From Chitinophagales bacterium (GTDB lineage: Bacteria > Bacteroidota > Bacteroidia > Chitinophagales > JADIYW01), in assembly GCA_020636545.1 (NCBI GenBank), contig JACJXS010000010.1:9611-73610 (forward strand): a stretch of 64,000 bases of DNA, in the 5' to 3' direction. The translations under genes were made by a program, and so were the position numbers. The notes beneath the pieces were generated by a model. That model was not told the origin of the DNA and did not search any database. It worked only from the letters and a program-made list of their open reading frames with translations. Shown piece after piece: positions 9,815-20,466 of this stretch (positions are counted from its first letter, which is position 1; each line of letters opens with the position of its first letter).

Positions 9815-12073
9815 ATGAAGATTTGTCTTTTAGCCTTTTTTATTTGTAATATATTCGATGTAAATGCTCAGTTTTTTTCTTGGCAATGCAACTGCTCCAC
9901 AGTCAAATTTGTCTTTATGATATCAACAACCTGCTGAAAACTGGATGACTTCTGCTTTGCCAATTGGCAATGGCAGAATTGGAGCGATGGTCTTTGGTGG
10001 AGTGATTCAGGAAGAGATTCAGTTTAATGATAAAACTTTATGGACTGGCAATAAAAATACAAGAGGTTCATATCAAAATTTAGGAAATATCCTAAAGTGG
10101 ATACTGTTGAGAATTACAGAAGATTCCTTGATTTAGAAACTGCTACTTGTCAAATAGACTATAAAGCTAAGGAGATTAATTATAAAAGAACTTATTTTGC
10201 TAGTTATCCTGATAATGCCATAGTATTGCACTTTTCAAGCGATGCTGAAGCTGTAATCTCTTTTGATATTTTATTAAACGATGCTCATTCCTCAGAGATA
10301 AAAATTTTAGACAATTCAATGGTTTTTAGAGGAAAGTTAGATATACTTTCTTATGAAGCACAGTTAAGCATAAAACATGAAGGTGGTATTCTTAAAAAGG
10401 ATAATCATCAATTAAGTATTCAAAATGCCAATACTGTTACTCTAATTCTAACTTTAGGTACTAATTACAATCCAGTTGAAGCCGATTATATTGGTTATGA
10501 TGCAACTGAATTGAGTTCAATAATTTCTAATCAAATGTCATCAGCTTATTCTAAAACTTACGATACTTTATTTGCTCGACATGTTTCAGATTATAAATCA
10601 TTATTTGATAGAGTGCATTTGAATTTGGGAAATACAAATCCAAGTATTCCTACCGATCAACTTCAATTATTGTATAATAAAGGAGACAGAAATACGGCTT
10701 TAGATGTTTTATATTTTCAATATGGGAGATATTTAATGATTTCAAGTGCTAGAGGAATTGCAATGCCCTCTAATTTACAAGGATTGTGGAATGATAGCAA
10801 CTTACCAGCTTGGGGTTCTGATATTCATACCAATATAAATGTCCAAATGAATTATTGGCCTGCTGAAATAACCAACCTTTCAGAGTTACATAGTTCATTG
10901 ACAGATTATGTTTTTAATGAAGCAGTTTTACAACCTGCATGGCAAGAAAATGCCACCACTCTAGGAGCAAAAGGCTGGACTTTAAGAACACAATGTAATA
11001 TATTTGGCTATTCAGATTGGAAATGGAATAGACCTGCTAATGCTTGGTTAGCGATGCATCTATGGCAACATTATACATATACATTAGATACAGTCTATTT
11101 GCAACAAAAAGCTTATCCTGTGATGAAATCTGCATGTGATTTCTGGTTGTCTTATTTAATAAAAGATAAAAATGGAAAGCTAGTTGCTCCAAAGGAATGG
11201 TCGCCAGAACATGGTCCTTGGCAAGATGGTTTGGCTTATGCACAACAGCTCATTTTTAATTTATTCGAAAATACCTTAAAAGCAAATGAGATTTTAGGTG
11301 AGAATAACTCTTATCATATTACCTTGAAAAATACATTATTAAATTTAGATAATGGTATAGCAATCGGACATTGGGGACAGATTAAAGAATGGAAAAACTA
11401 TAAACGTGGTGAGAATAAAAAGAAAAAACAACATAGACATATATCACATTTGATTGCATTATATCCTGGCAATAAAATTTCTCCCTTACTTGATAAAAAA
11501 TACTCAGATGCTGCTATAAAATCTTTAAACCAAAGAGGAGATTCTGGTCCTGGGTGGAGTAGAGCATGGAAAATTAATGCTTGGGCAAGATTACTAGATG
11601 GAGAGCGAGCTTATCAACTTATCCAACAAGCATTGCAAAATACAACTTCTGCAAGTACTAATTTTGATGAAAATGGTGGAGCATATCAAAATTTATTAGA
11701 TGCTCACCCTCCTTTCCAAATAGATGGTAATTTTGGAGCCACTTCGGGAATTGCAGAAATGTTATTACAAAGCCATTTGGAGAAGATTCAATTACTGCCT
11801 GCCGTGCCAAAAGCTTGGTCGAAAGGAAGTGTGTATGGATTAAAAGCAATGAATAATTTTACGGTAGATATAATTTGGGATTTAGATCTTCAAACTCAAG
11901 CGATTATCCACTCTGGTTCTGGAAAGATATGTTCTATTTATTTCAAAAATATAGCGAATGCGAAAATTACAGACAATAATGGTCGTCCTGTACCTTTTAT
12001 CGTAATTAATAATGACGAAATTAAATTTCCTACATCAAAAGGTTTGAGTTATACAATTAGCGAATTAAAATAA
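9815..12073 (+). pseudogene. GH95-family alpha-L-fucosidase, disrupted by two frameshifts and one nonsense codon
   Basis: The signal peptide (ATG 9815, MKICLLAFFICNIFDVNAQ) is in a different frame from the conserved N-terminus L*YQQPAENWMTSALPIGNGRIGAMVFGG. The frames switch at a T7 run (9872-9878). TGA at 9918-9920 sits where the family has Trp (LWY). A second frame change lies near 10095-10100, before VENYRRFLDLETA. The remaining 658-aa frame is intact. Confidence 0.75.
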
Positions 12074-12081
12074 AGAAACGC

Positions 12082-14676
12082 TTAGTTTACTTTCTTCCCA
12101 TTGAATACAATAACATCAAATGCAGGCATTTCAAATGTTATAATCGTATCAATGTCTATTTTCTGTTCTGAAATGTTTTTATAAATATTTTGGTCTGGAA
12201 AAGCTGATGACAAAAAGATTTCTCCTTTAATAAAATCAGGAATATCTAAGGCTTTACGTAAGGTTGTTTTAAATGTTTGAGTGAACCCACTTGGATTACG
12301 TAAGGTTAAAGTTGCTTTATTTTCATTCCATGCTGCCCAACCATAAATATTTGCTTTAGAACCATCCCAAGGATTTCCTCCCACCCAATGTGTGTCTGCC
12401 AATACATCTGCATTATTGCGATGCCAAGTAATACAACTTGCTAGCTCGCTCCATAGTTTATCATCTCCTCCAATTTTACTCATTAAGTCGTTATCTAAAT
12501 ATAATTCTACCATACTTGTGCCACAAGCAAAAGCACAACGCATTTCTTTTACTATTTCTTTAAACGTAGCAGGTGAATTATCATAAGACATTTCTGTTGG
12601 AGGTCCGTGTTGTGTAACGATTAACCCATGTGTCATAAGTGAATTAATAGGACACAGAGGAGAGTTTTTTACAAAATTTTGATAAACTAATCTATCTCGA
12701 TAGGTTATCCATTTCTCTCTGCTATTACCTTGCTTACCAATCATACCGAAATCGCCTTCTTGTCGCCATATTGCATCGCCATATTGCAACCAAAAAGGAG
12801 ATGCCCAAGTACCAACTGTACAATTAAAAAAGATATTTTCTCTTTTTTTGCGTAAAGCACTAAGTATTTTCAAAATCCCTTCGGCATCTTCTTCATTCTT
12901 TGGACCTGTGGCACTAAAGTAATCACTAATTCCGTCAAATTTAAAGTAACGCATGTCATAATCATTTATCATCTGAGAACAGCGACCAATAAACGCATCA
13001 AAATATTCTTTATTGGATAATTGAAAATTTTTGATAGGTGGCGAATGTGTTTTATTCCAAAAAGCTAATCTTTGAGCTTTAGATGCTCCATATCCTCCTA
13101 CTGGACCCAACCATGTACCAATGCCACTTTTCTGTTCTTGTGCTTTTGCACTTAACTTAGAAAAGCCTTGTGGAAACCCAATATGAAAATCCCATAAACT
13201 ATTAAAATCATCCCAACCGTCATCCCATACAAAAGCATCTATACTTATTCCATGAGGTTTATATAATTTATTTTCCCATGCATCTAGTATTGGTAAACAT
13301 TGTTGTTCAGTCATTCGCTTTAAAGGGTTAGGATTGTCATTCCTATCGATATTTAATTCATACCAAGAATTATATAAAACAAAGGAACGCCAAGGAACAG
13401 CACGTTCTCGCTCAAGATAAGCTAAAAAAGAGCGACGTAGTTGTCCAGTTGCAACCATTCCTATAACACTAGAAACATAAAAGGTGTCTGTTGTATTTAA
13501 GATAGTATTTCTATTCCATTTACCTGAAATTATAGTATATGAATCCGATTTTTCCTTAGGTATTATAGCAATTTCATTATTATTATTATCGCTATCACTA
13601 ATAATTAAAATTTTACCCTTGCTATTAATTGTTTCTGTTTGGTTTTCTGCAAAATATCGTAACGTGTAACGACCAGAATTTTTAATGTTTAGAGAATAGA
13701 TGTTTTGTAATGACTTTTTTCCAGCATATCCTAAATGATAATCAGAAGCCACAATATTTCCTGTTTCATCAACTAGATCAATGCCTGTAATATTCATTCG
13801 ATGTTGTCCAGATTTATATGCAAATTTAAATTGCAATATTCCAGATGCTTTGATATTTACTTCTCCTTTAGATACTAATATTTGCGAAGATTTAAAGCCA
13901 AATTTAAGAATAGAATCAGGAATGGCTTCTACTGTTTCTTGCCATGAATTTTTATTCCAAGAATATATATCAAAATTTGAATTAAAAGTACTTTTCACAG
14001 AATTAATTCCTAGAGGAGTTTCCAATCCAGCAAAAATATGATTGGAAGCTATAACGGCACCACGTGTATTCCCAATAACTAAAGGCTTTGTATTACCAAA
14101 ATAATCTTTTATCTTATAAAGCATTGGGGTGATACTTTTCATTTGTATATTTTTAGATGTGGAGATTTTCATCTCCGTTCGTAAGTAATGAGAACTATCT
14201 CTCAATACTGCACGCCATTGAATAGTAAGTTCGCCATAGGTAAGAATTGCTACTAAAGCCTTTCCAGGAAGTTGTTCGGAAGCTTTAAGAACAGTTTGGT
14301 TAGCACTAAGATTTTCTTCATATATAGATTGCCATTTCATTTCCGAGGCTTTGACTTTAGTATTATTACCAAGCGTCAATTCAAAAAGTTCTGTTCCTGG
14401 CTCAATGCACATTTCAGTAGAGCCACCAAAAAAGAGTTTGTCTCCATGTTGAATAAAAGATGCTGTAAAAAGTTGATTAGAAAATATCCATTTCCCCTCT
14501 TGCTTCGATAATATTGCAATATCTGGCTGCGTTTTAGAAGGAAACTTTACTGAACTCGCAGCATTTATATAATCTACTGTAAGCAACAACAAAAATGTTA
14601 AAAAGAATGTTCTCTGACTATTTATTATATTATAATTCTCTGATATAGAAAAACGAAGGTTTTTAGGTATTTTCAT
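12082..14676 (-). CDS. secreted glycoside hydrolase, clan GH-D-like (alpha-galactosidase-type TIM barrel) with an N-terminal accessory domain
   Basis: 864 aa with a signal peptide. YNSWYE, FVWDDGWDDF and RYFKFDGI resemble GH27/GH36 catalytic blocks. The family assignment is approximate. Confidence 0.55.
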   Translation of the reverse strand: MKIPKNLRFSISENYNIINSQRTFFLTFLLLLTVDYINAASSVKFPSKTQPDIAILSKQEGKWIFSNQLFTASFIQHGDKLFFGGSTEMCIEPGTELFELTLGNNTKVKASEMKWQSIYEENLSANQTVLKASEQLPGKALVAILTYGELTIQWRAVLRDSSHYLRTEMKISTSKNIQMKSITPMLYKIKDYFGNTKPLVIGNTRGAVIASNHIFAGLETPLGINSVKSTFNSNFDIYSWNKNSWQETVEAIPDSILKFGFKSSQILVSKGEVNIKASGILQFKFAYKSGQHRMNITGIDLVDETGNIVASDYHLGYAGKKSLQNIYSLNIKNSGRYTLRYFAENQTETINSKGKILIISDSDNNNNEIAIIPKEKSDSYTIISGKWNRNTILNTTDTFYVSSVIGMVATGQLRRSFLAYLERERAVPWRSFVLYNSWYELNIDRNDNPNPLKRMTEQQCLPILDAWENKLYKPHGISIDAFVWDDGWDDFNSLWDFHIGFPQGFSKLSAKAQEQKSGIGTWLGPVGGYGASKAQRLAFWNKTHSPPIKNFQLSNKEYFDAFIGRCSQMINDYDMRYFKFDGISDYFSATGPKNEEDAEGILKILSALRKKRENIFFNCTVGTWASPFWLQYGDAIWRQEGDFGMIGKQGNSREKWITYRDRLVYQNFVKNSPLCPINSLMTHGLIVTQHGPPTEMSYDNSPATFKEIVKEMRCAFACGTSMVELYLDNDLMSKIGGDDKLWSELASCITWHRNNADVLADTHWVGGNPWDGSKANIYGWAAWNENKATLTLRNPSGFTQTFKTTLRKALDIPDFIKGEIFLSSAFPDQNIYKNISEQKIDIDTIITFEMPAFDVIVFNGKKVN

Positions 14677-14844
14677 GGGTTATAAAGTTAGATAAAAAAT
14701 CACTTTTACAATAAATTATTTGTATGAATATAGTATGCTTTTTATTTATAAAACTAATGATGTAATTGTTATTCAGAGCGTCTGTTTTAATTTCAAGCGT
14801 ATTGGTTTTACTTTCTTCAATTCGTGGTGTAGATAACCTATAAA

Positions 14845-14880
14845 TATAAAAGAGGCTGTCCTAAATTTTCAGACAGCCTC
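14845..14880 (-). terminator. rho-independent terminator downstream of the OM beta-barrel gene
   Basis: On the minus strand, GAGGCTGTC-(11 nt)-GACAGCCTC followed by TTTTATATTT. Confidence 0.6.
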
Positions 14881-14912
14881 ATTCTACTTTTTTAATAAAA
14901 ACAAAAACTAAA

Positions 14913-15476
14913 TTAGAATTTAAAAGACAAACCTATTTTTGCATAAGAAGCTTCATTATAACCAGTTTCTAAATTTACTCCGATATTATCTACAAAATAA
15001 TAAGTAGCACCAACACCTGAACCAACAATTACGCCTCCTCCAAATGGACTTCCACTCACTTTGTCTTTTAATTTAAAGCCACCGCCAATATGTAATGGAA
15101 TGTATAAATCAAACTTATCAGCATCTAACTTTGCATTCCCTTTCTCAGAAATCAATTGATAAATATGGAAATTTCCACGTACTCCGACTCCAAAATATCT
15201 ATATTTTAATAAATCTTCAGCATATTTTTTCCCTGAGAAAGTAAACCAACCACCAAAACTAAAATAAGGGCTTACTGCATAGTCCATATTCATCGTAACG
15301 CCAGGTATAAAACCAACACCAGCTTTTTTAAAATTACCATTCAAACCTGAGCCAATATAGGCATGATGACCTAAATTGGTTGTTATATTCATGTGAAAAT
15401 CTCCTTTTTCAACTGCCTTAACTTCCTGAGTAAAAATTACAACAAACAACAAAACAATAAAAATATTTTTTTTCAT
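14913..15476 (-). CDS. small outer-membrane beta-barrel (porin-family) protein
   Basis: Signal peptide MKKNIFIVLLFVVIFTQEVKA, alternating Gly/aromatic strands and a C-terminal ...GLSFKF. The start is moved to the internal Met at 15476. Confidence 0.6.
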   Translation of the reverse strand: MKKNIFIVLLFVVIFTQEVKAVEKGDFHMNITTNLGHHAYIGSGLNGNFKKAGVGFIPGVTMNMDYAVSPYFSFGGWFTFSGKKYAEDLLKYRYFGVGVRGNFHIYQLISEKGNAKLDADKFDLYIPLHIGGGFKLKDKVSGSPFGGGVIVGSGVGATYYFVDNIGVNLETGYNEASYAKIGLSFKF

Positions 15477-15532
15477 ATTAAATCTTTTTTGCAAAAATAT
15501 ATAAAAACAACGATTACTACAATATTTTATCA

Positions 15533-17782
15533 TTAATACAATAATTCCAATAGTTTCTGTTCCATTTGTTGGTTTGTAGCATTGTTGTATGAATTTAAAA
15601 TATCTCTTTTTTCCTTTTCAGTTAGGTGCCAGCTCAAAGATGCTTTATTATTTTCCTCTGATGGAATATAAATAAAGTCAATAAAATTAATTTTGGTTTT
15701 ATAATCCTCAAAAATAATTGCAAAGGATTGGTCAGCATTATAGTTTTGAAGATTAAACATATTGGAATAAATACCACCAATCGGCGATAACAATTCTCCT
15801 ATATAAGTATGCTTTTCATCTTTATTATGTTCTTTTCGTTCATTTGATTTTATCGTAACAACAATAACGCCTGAAGTATTTGCTTCTATCCAATCTTTAA
15901 ATGCATTCATATACCTTGCTGTAACTATATATCCATAATTATCACGAAATCCTGCATCCATAGCATAAATTCTTGGTTCAGTTGGCATACTTACAGAAGG
16001 CAAAATATATGGATAAGTGGCTCCTGTACGGAGTGCACAAACCAATCCAACATCTTCTGCTCTATTATTTTTAAAATATCGCATAAACTCAATGGCATCT
16101 GTAATTGTATATTGCTTATTAATTTTATCTGAATGGATATAAGGCTTGAGCAAATAGCTAATTGGTTGCGGCGAGAAATACATCATTCTTTGATCTTCAA
16201 TTATAGTAGAACCTATAACCATCATTGGAATATCAGCATTAGATTCAGGTAGTTTATAATCCATCAATTTTTTATCCAAAATAAAATTGGTATTCTTATT
16301 AAATTCTCGATCAAAATAGTAAGCTCTGTCCTTATTATATCTAATCGAGCCATAATTCACCTTTCTAAAAGGATAAAAAATATCATTTGTTGAAGCCGAT
16401 GTCATAACTGCATTCAATAAATCTTTCCCAATATTATCTAAGTATTTTGCATTATCTAAGTGGATACTTGTATCTTTTTGAGCTTGTAAATATAATTCCC
16501 TATAATATGCTGAACCATACATTCCACCAGATGCTCCACTAATTAGGACAGTTCTTTTAAATAATTTTTGTTTGGTAGCTTGATTCAATTTTTGAATTAC
16601 ATGGAATGTCCAATAAGCAGCTTTAGAACCACCACCCCCGACATTGAGTATAACCAGTTTGGGCTTTCTTTTGTTTTGATTTTTATTCTTCCAATTATTT
16701 AATATTTGTTCAGTATATATCTTATCATCTTCAAAGTTAGAATCATTAGATTGTGCTTCAATTACATTATAATTATAGGATACTTTACTATCATATTTTA
16801 AACCAAATATTTTATTTTTATATACCACTAAATCGTAACGAGTTAGAATATTTAAAATAAATATCACACCCAAAAATGCTATAGTAATCCAACTTTTGAA
16901 CCAAAATAAAAACAAAGTAAATACCACTGAAAAAACTGTCAATAAGAGGAAAAGTGTTGCTCCTGCTGGAATACTAAAATCTAAATAATCCATTAGAAAA
17001 CCCAATGCAATTAAAGAAGTTAAACTGATAACAATAATCGCAAATATATTTCTATGATGTAAATAATAGACTGCATCTATTAATTTTTGATCATAAATTG
17101 GAATATCACTTACTTTATAAACTCGCCAAGGATAATACCAATAATGTTCCACTTTCCATTTTTTGTTACTAGAACTACCTTTTCTAATATCAAAAATATC
17201 CAACTTTATATTTTTACGCTCTAGGTTTTCTTTTGATTTGTTTGATAATTTTTCAATAAAGGTTTTAATATCATCAGCAAAATAAATAAAGTAAATTGAG
17301 TACAATATAATCATACTTATATTTCCTAAAATCAAGCCAACAATATGTAATAAAATATGAAAAGGACCTTGTAGTCCTTGATGGCTTTGAAATAGAAATA
17401 TTTTTATGATATAGGCAATTGTAAATATTAAAGGTAAGATTGTATTATTTAAAACAAATCTTGTAAATGGTTTGGAAACATAAACTATAAAATCAAATTT
17501 ACTAACATCAAGAATATAAACACATACATTCCAAGTCATCATGAATCCTCCCATTGCAATGCCTACTACAAAAAAACTCAAAAAATTGACTTTTCCAAAA
17601 AATTCAGGGTCAAGAAGTAATAAAGGAACGCCGTACTGTTTTCCTAAACTTTCAAATAAAATAAGGAATAATAATAACCAAACTAAATTGAGATAAAGGT
17701 GTTTTTTTAAATGAAGTAGCAACAACTTTACAGGGAAAGAATTAAAAACCCAATAGCCTATTTGCTTAATATGTAACCACAT
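15533..17782 (-). CDS. patatin-like phospholipase with a large N-terminal polytopic membrane domain
   Basis: The C-terminal half carries NVGGGGSKAAYW (oxyanion Gly loop), SGASGGMYG (GxSxG) and MDAGFRDNYG (catalytic Asp). The first ~330 aa contain about six hydrophobic segments by eye. Confidence 0.8.
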   Translation of the reverse strand: MWLHIKQIGYWVFNSFPVKLLLLHLKKHLYLNLVWLLLFLILFESLGKQYGVPLLLLDPEFFGKVNFLSFFVVGIAMGGFMMTWNVCVYILDVSKFDFIVYVSKPFTRFVLNNTILPLIFTIAYIIKIFLFQSHQGLQGPFHILLHIVGLILGNISMIILYSIYFIYFADDIKTFIEKLSNKSKENLERKNIKLDIFDIRKGSSSNKKWKVEHYWYYPWRVYKVSDIPIYDQKLIDAVYYLHHRNIFAIIVISLTSLIALGFLMDYLDFSIPAGATLFLLLTVFSVVFTLFLFWFKSWITIAFLGVIFILNILTRYDLVVYKNKIFGLKYDSKVSYNYNVIEAQSNDSNFEDDKIYTEQILNNWKNKNQNKRKPKLVILNVGGGGSKAAYWTFHVIQKLNQATKQKLFKRTVLISGASGGMYGSAYYRELYLQAQKDTSIHLDNAKYLDNIGKDLLNAVMTSASTNDIFYPFRKVNYGSIRYNKDRAYYFDREFNKNTNFILDKKLMDYKLPESNADIPMMVIGSTIIEDQRMMYFSPQPISYLLKPYIHSDKINKQYTITDAIEFMRYFKNNRAEDVGLVCALRTGATYPYILPSVSMPTEPRIYAMDAGFRDNYGYIVTARYMNAFKDWIEANTSGVIVVTIKSNERKEHNKDEKHTYIGELLSPIGGIYSNMFNLQNYNADQSFAIIFEDYKTKINFIDFIYIPSEENNKASLSWHLTEKEKRDILNSYNNATNQQMEQKLLELLY

Positions 17783-17788
17783 ATTACT

Positions 17789-19237
17789 TTATTTTTCTAA
17801 TGCACCAATGTCAGGCTTGCCAATTCGCAACTTTCCAGATAAATCAATTAAAGGATAAAAATCTATATCATTACCTCCATTTATGCAGGGCGATGCATCT
17901 TGAAGCCTAAAATCTGATTTAAGTATATTTTCAAATTTTGGATCGGTATTAATACAATTTTGAAAATACATATTTGACATAAGATTGCCAGTTTGATTTT
18001 TGATACAAGAGTGGTTAAATGTGTAATATAACTTATGTGTATTCTCACTAATATCATCTAAAAACAATTCCTCATTTAAAGTACCATAAATAATAGAATT
18101 TCTAACTAATAAATTGGAAGAATCAGCATAAATTGGGGTATTCCCGACCATAAAATAGTTACTAAAATAGAAAGCTGGTGTTTTGCTGTGTGAAATATAT
18201 GCATTGCTTTGTGCAAAGAACGTACAATTTATGAAACTATAATCACCTCCATGATACAAGCCAATAATATTTGTACCTGCACCATAACACAATAGATTTT
18301 CTGCTTGGATTGTACTTAAAAACCCAAAAATATTATAGAATGAATTATTATAAATTCTTGAGTTTTTTATGGTTAGCTTTGCTCCATTGGACAATTTAGC
18401 ATCATTCAATTTTTGTGTATTTTCTACTACATCATCTGTAATCAAAATATTTCCGACATTGATACCATATTGAGCATTTTGTAGATTCAAATACTCAATA
18501 TTCCCTTCGCTACCTCTTAGAAAGAACAATCCTGCCCATTGTCCTGGAAGTTTTTCATAAGCTGTACCAGAAATATCTTTATCCAAACGATAGGTTTTAA
18601 ACAATACCGCCTCAGAAGTATCATTTCCACCTTGAATATTTAATTTCCCTTCGACCAACATGGCAGCAGCACCACCAAAATATACTTTACAGCCTGATTG
18701 AATATTTAGCGTACTATTTTTATCTACTGACAAATAATTTAGTATAACATAAGGTAAATCATTTGTCCAAGTGGTATTTGTTTGGATGGTATCTCCATCA
18801 AAAAAATGAGCATTTTGACCATAAGCTTGTAAGTAAACAAATTGGTGTTTGTTTTCCATTTTTAATTGAATAGAATCTAACAAAACAAAAGGCAAATTCG
18901 CACTATTTGGATTTATAGTTACTTCAACGAAAACATAAATACTATCATTTGCAGGAATAATAATATCTCTAAAAATTGTTCCAGTATCGCCATCTACATT
19001 TATTCTATAATTTGAAGGATTGGACAATTTCAACTCTTCAATTTTTATTGCTTTATGCTCATTATTTTTAATTGTCATGAATTTTGTAGTCGAACCTAAA
19101 GTTGTAAAAACTGTATCAAATTTTAGTGTATCATTAGAAAAACTCAAGGTATTGACAGAAAAATTTTTATCCTTCTTACAAGAAATGATAAGCATTATTA
19201 GTAGGATAAGAATAATATTTGTGGGTAGGCATTTCAT
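17789..19237 (-). CDS. lipoprotein with right-handed beta-helix repeats (choice-of-anchor-Q-like C-terminus)
   Basis: MKCLPTNIILILLIMLIISCKKD lipobox, repeated N-x-I/Y-x-N turns, and C-terminal DPKFENILKSDFRLQDASPCINGG...DIGALE. Confidence 0.55.
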   Translation of the reverse strand: MKCLPTNIILILLIMLIISCKKDKNFSVNTLSFSNDTLKFDTVFTTLGSTTKFMTIKNNEHKAIKIEELKLSNPSNYRINVDGDTGTIFRDIIIPANDSIYVFVEVTINPNSANLPFVLLDSIQLKMENKHQFVYLQAYGQNAHFFDGDTIQTNTTWTNDLPYVILNYLSVDKNSTLNIQSGCKVYFGGAAAMLVEGKLNIQGGNDTSEAVLFKTYRLDKDISGTAYEKLPGQWAGLFFLRGSEGNIEYLNLQNAQYGINVGNILITDDVVENTQKLNDAKLSNGAKLTIKNSRIYNNSFYNIFGFLSTIQAENLLCYGAGTNIIGLYHGGDYSFINCTFFAQSNAYISHSKTPAFYFSNYFMVGNTPIYADSSNLLVRNSIIYGTLNEELFLDDISENTHKLYYTFNHSCIKNQTGNLMSNMYFQNCINTDPKFENILKSDFRLQDASPCINGGNDIDFYPLIDLSGKLRIGKPDIGALEK

Positions 19238-19253
19238 CTCTTTGTAAATATAA

Positions 19254-19955
19254 CTAAAAAGCAATTGCTAAAGTTGCTATACTAATTTTTATATTGTCAT
19301 TTATTTTCAATTTGCTTGCACAGGCTTCTAATGTTGCACCTGAAGTAAGAACGTCATCAACTAATAAAATATGTTTATTGTAAATTGCTTTTTCATCTAT
19401 CAATTCAAATGCATCTTTAATATTTTCCCATCTTTCTGTTTTGTTCTTTTGTGTCTGTGTTTCAGTATTTTTAATCCTTCGAATGGTTTTTGTATTTATT
19501 GGAACATTTAGAACAACGGATATGCCTTCTGCAATTAATTCACTTTGGTTATAACCTCGCAAAGCTGTCTTTTTTGGATGTAATGGAACTGGAATTATAC
19601 TATCAAATTGATGTTCTTGGTGTTTTTGCAAAATCGATGCTCCAAGTTGTTGCCCAACAAAAGTTGCCAATTGTTTCCGATAGCGATATTTTATATTATG
19701 CAAAATATTTTGAGTCAATTCTGATTTAGAGAAATAAAGGTAGGAAGTTGCAAATTCAATTGGAATACGACCCTCAAATAGTTTTTGAGCTGGATTCTCT
19801 TTTATATTTTCAAATTTAGTAAAAGGTAGATTATTGAGGCAAGTAAAACATAAATGCATCTCACCTTTCAATAACATACCATTACAAGCACCACAAATTT
19901 TTGGATAGAACAATTCGTAGATATCAGAAAAATAAGTTTTAGCGAGTAATTTCAT
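19254..19955 (-). CDS. comF: ComF family phosphoribosyltransferase-like protein
   Basis: N-terminal Cys cluster CGAC...CFTC and PRTase loop ILLVDDVLTSGATLEA. Confidence 0.8.
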   Translation of the reverse strand: MKLLAKTYFSDIYELFYPKICGACNGMLLKGEMHLCFTCLNNLPFTKFENIKENPAQKLFEGRIPIEFATSYLYFSKSELTQNILHNIKYRYRKQLATFVGQQLGASILQKHQEHQFDSIIPVPLHPKKTALRGYNQSELIAEGISVVLNVPINTKTIRRIKNTETQTQKNKTERWENIKDAFELIDEKAIYNKHILLVDDVLTSGATLEACASKLKINDNIKISIATLAIAF

Positions 19956-19997
19956 TTTCTTAGCTTAAACTAAAAGTACAAAAAAATTCATTTCATA

Positions 19998-20038
19998 AAA
20001 AAGAAAAACCGCAAAAAATTGAATTCAATTTTCTGCGG
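19998..20038 (-). terminator. rho-independent terminator downstream of the PspC-domain locus
   Basis: On the minus strand, CCGCAGAAAATTG-AATT-CAATTTTTTGCGG (one mismatch) followed by a T-run. Confidence 0.65.
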
Positions 20039-20070
20039 CCATTACTAACACTAATTACTCAGAGAGTTTC

Positions 20071-20466
20071 TTAATCTATTGTTATAAACTCACCATTTTT
20101 TGCAATAAAAATATAATGTTGTTCATCATACCTATCATCGTAATCATCATCATAGTCATCATTATCATTACCACGAATATTAATATTGACACTATTCGAG
20201 CTATCACTTTTAATATCTATTTTCACTTGATTATTTGCATTGACTTTTCTATAAGTTTCTTTGTCCCAATTGATTGGCATATCAGAAATATCAATGTATT
20301 CCTCCGTTTGTGGTGTCCATTGAATCACTTTGTTTTCAGGAACATAAACTCTAACAATCAATTTTTGATTTCTAATTTTACGTTCTTTAGTATTAAAACT
20401 AAATAGTGGGTCAATGATTAGTTTATTATTCATTTGCGTCAGTTGATGCTGAAATTGAAGTAGCAT
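20071..20466 (-). CDS. probable C-terminal portion of the upstream PspC-domain protein, in a shifted frame
   Basis: Overlaps the end of the 433-aa ORF by 41 nt in another frame. NNKLIIDPLFSF...QKLIVRVYVPEN resembles the C-terminal region of long Bacteroidota PspC-domain proteins. It has an acidic D/Y-rich tail. Confidence 0.45.
   Translation of the reverse strand: MLLQFQHQLTQMNNKLIIDPLFSFNTKERKIRNQKLIVRVYVPENKVIQWTPQTEEYIDISDMPINWDKETYRKVNANNQVKIDIKSDSSNSVNINIRGNDNDDYDDDYDDRYDEQHYIFIAKNGEFITID

Noticed and set aside
9918-9920. The in-frame TGA at a conserved Trp position of GH95 could indicate TGA=Trp recoding (genetic code 4).
   Set aside because: TGG is used for Trp throughout the window, and TGA clearly terminates other genes (for example rng at 46878-46880, mod at 37369-37371 and the U32 gene at 54206-54208). 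The same gene also carries two frameshifts, so ordinary pseudogenisation explains it.
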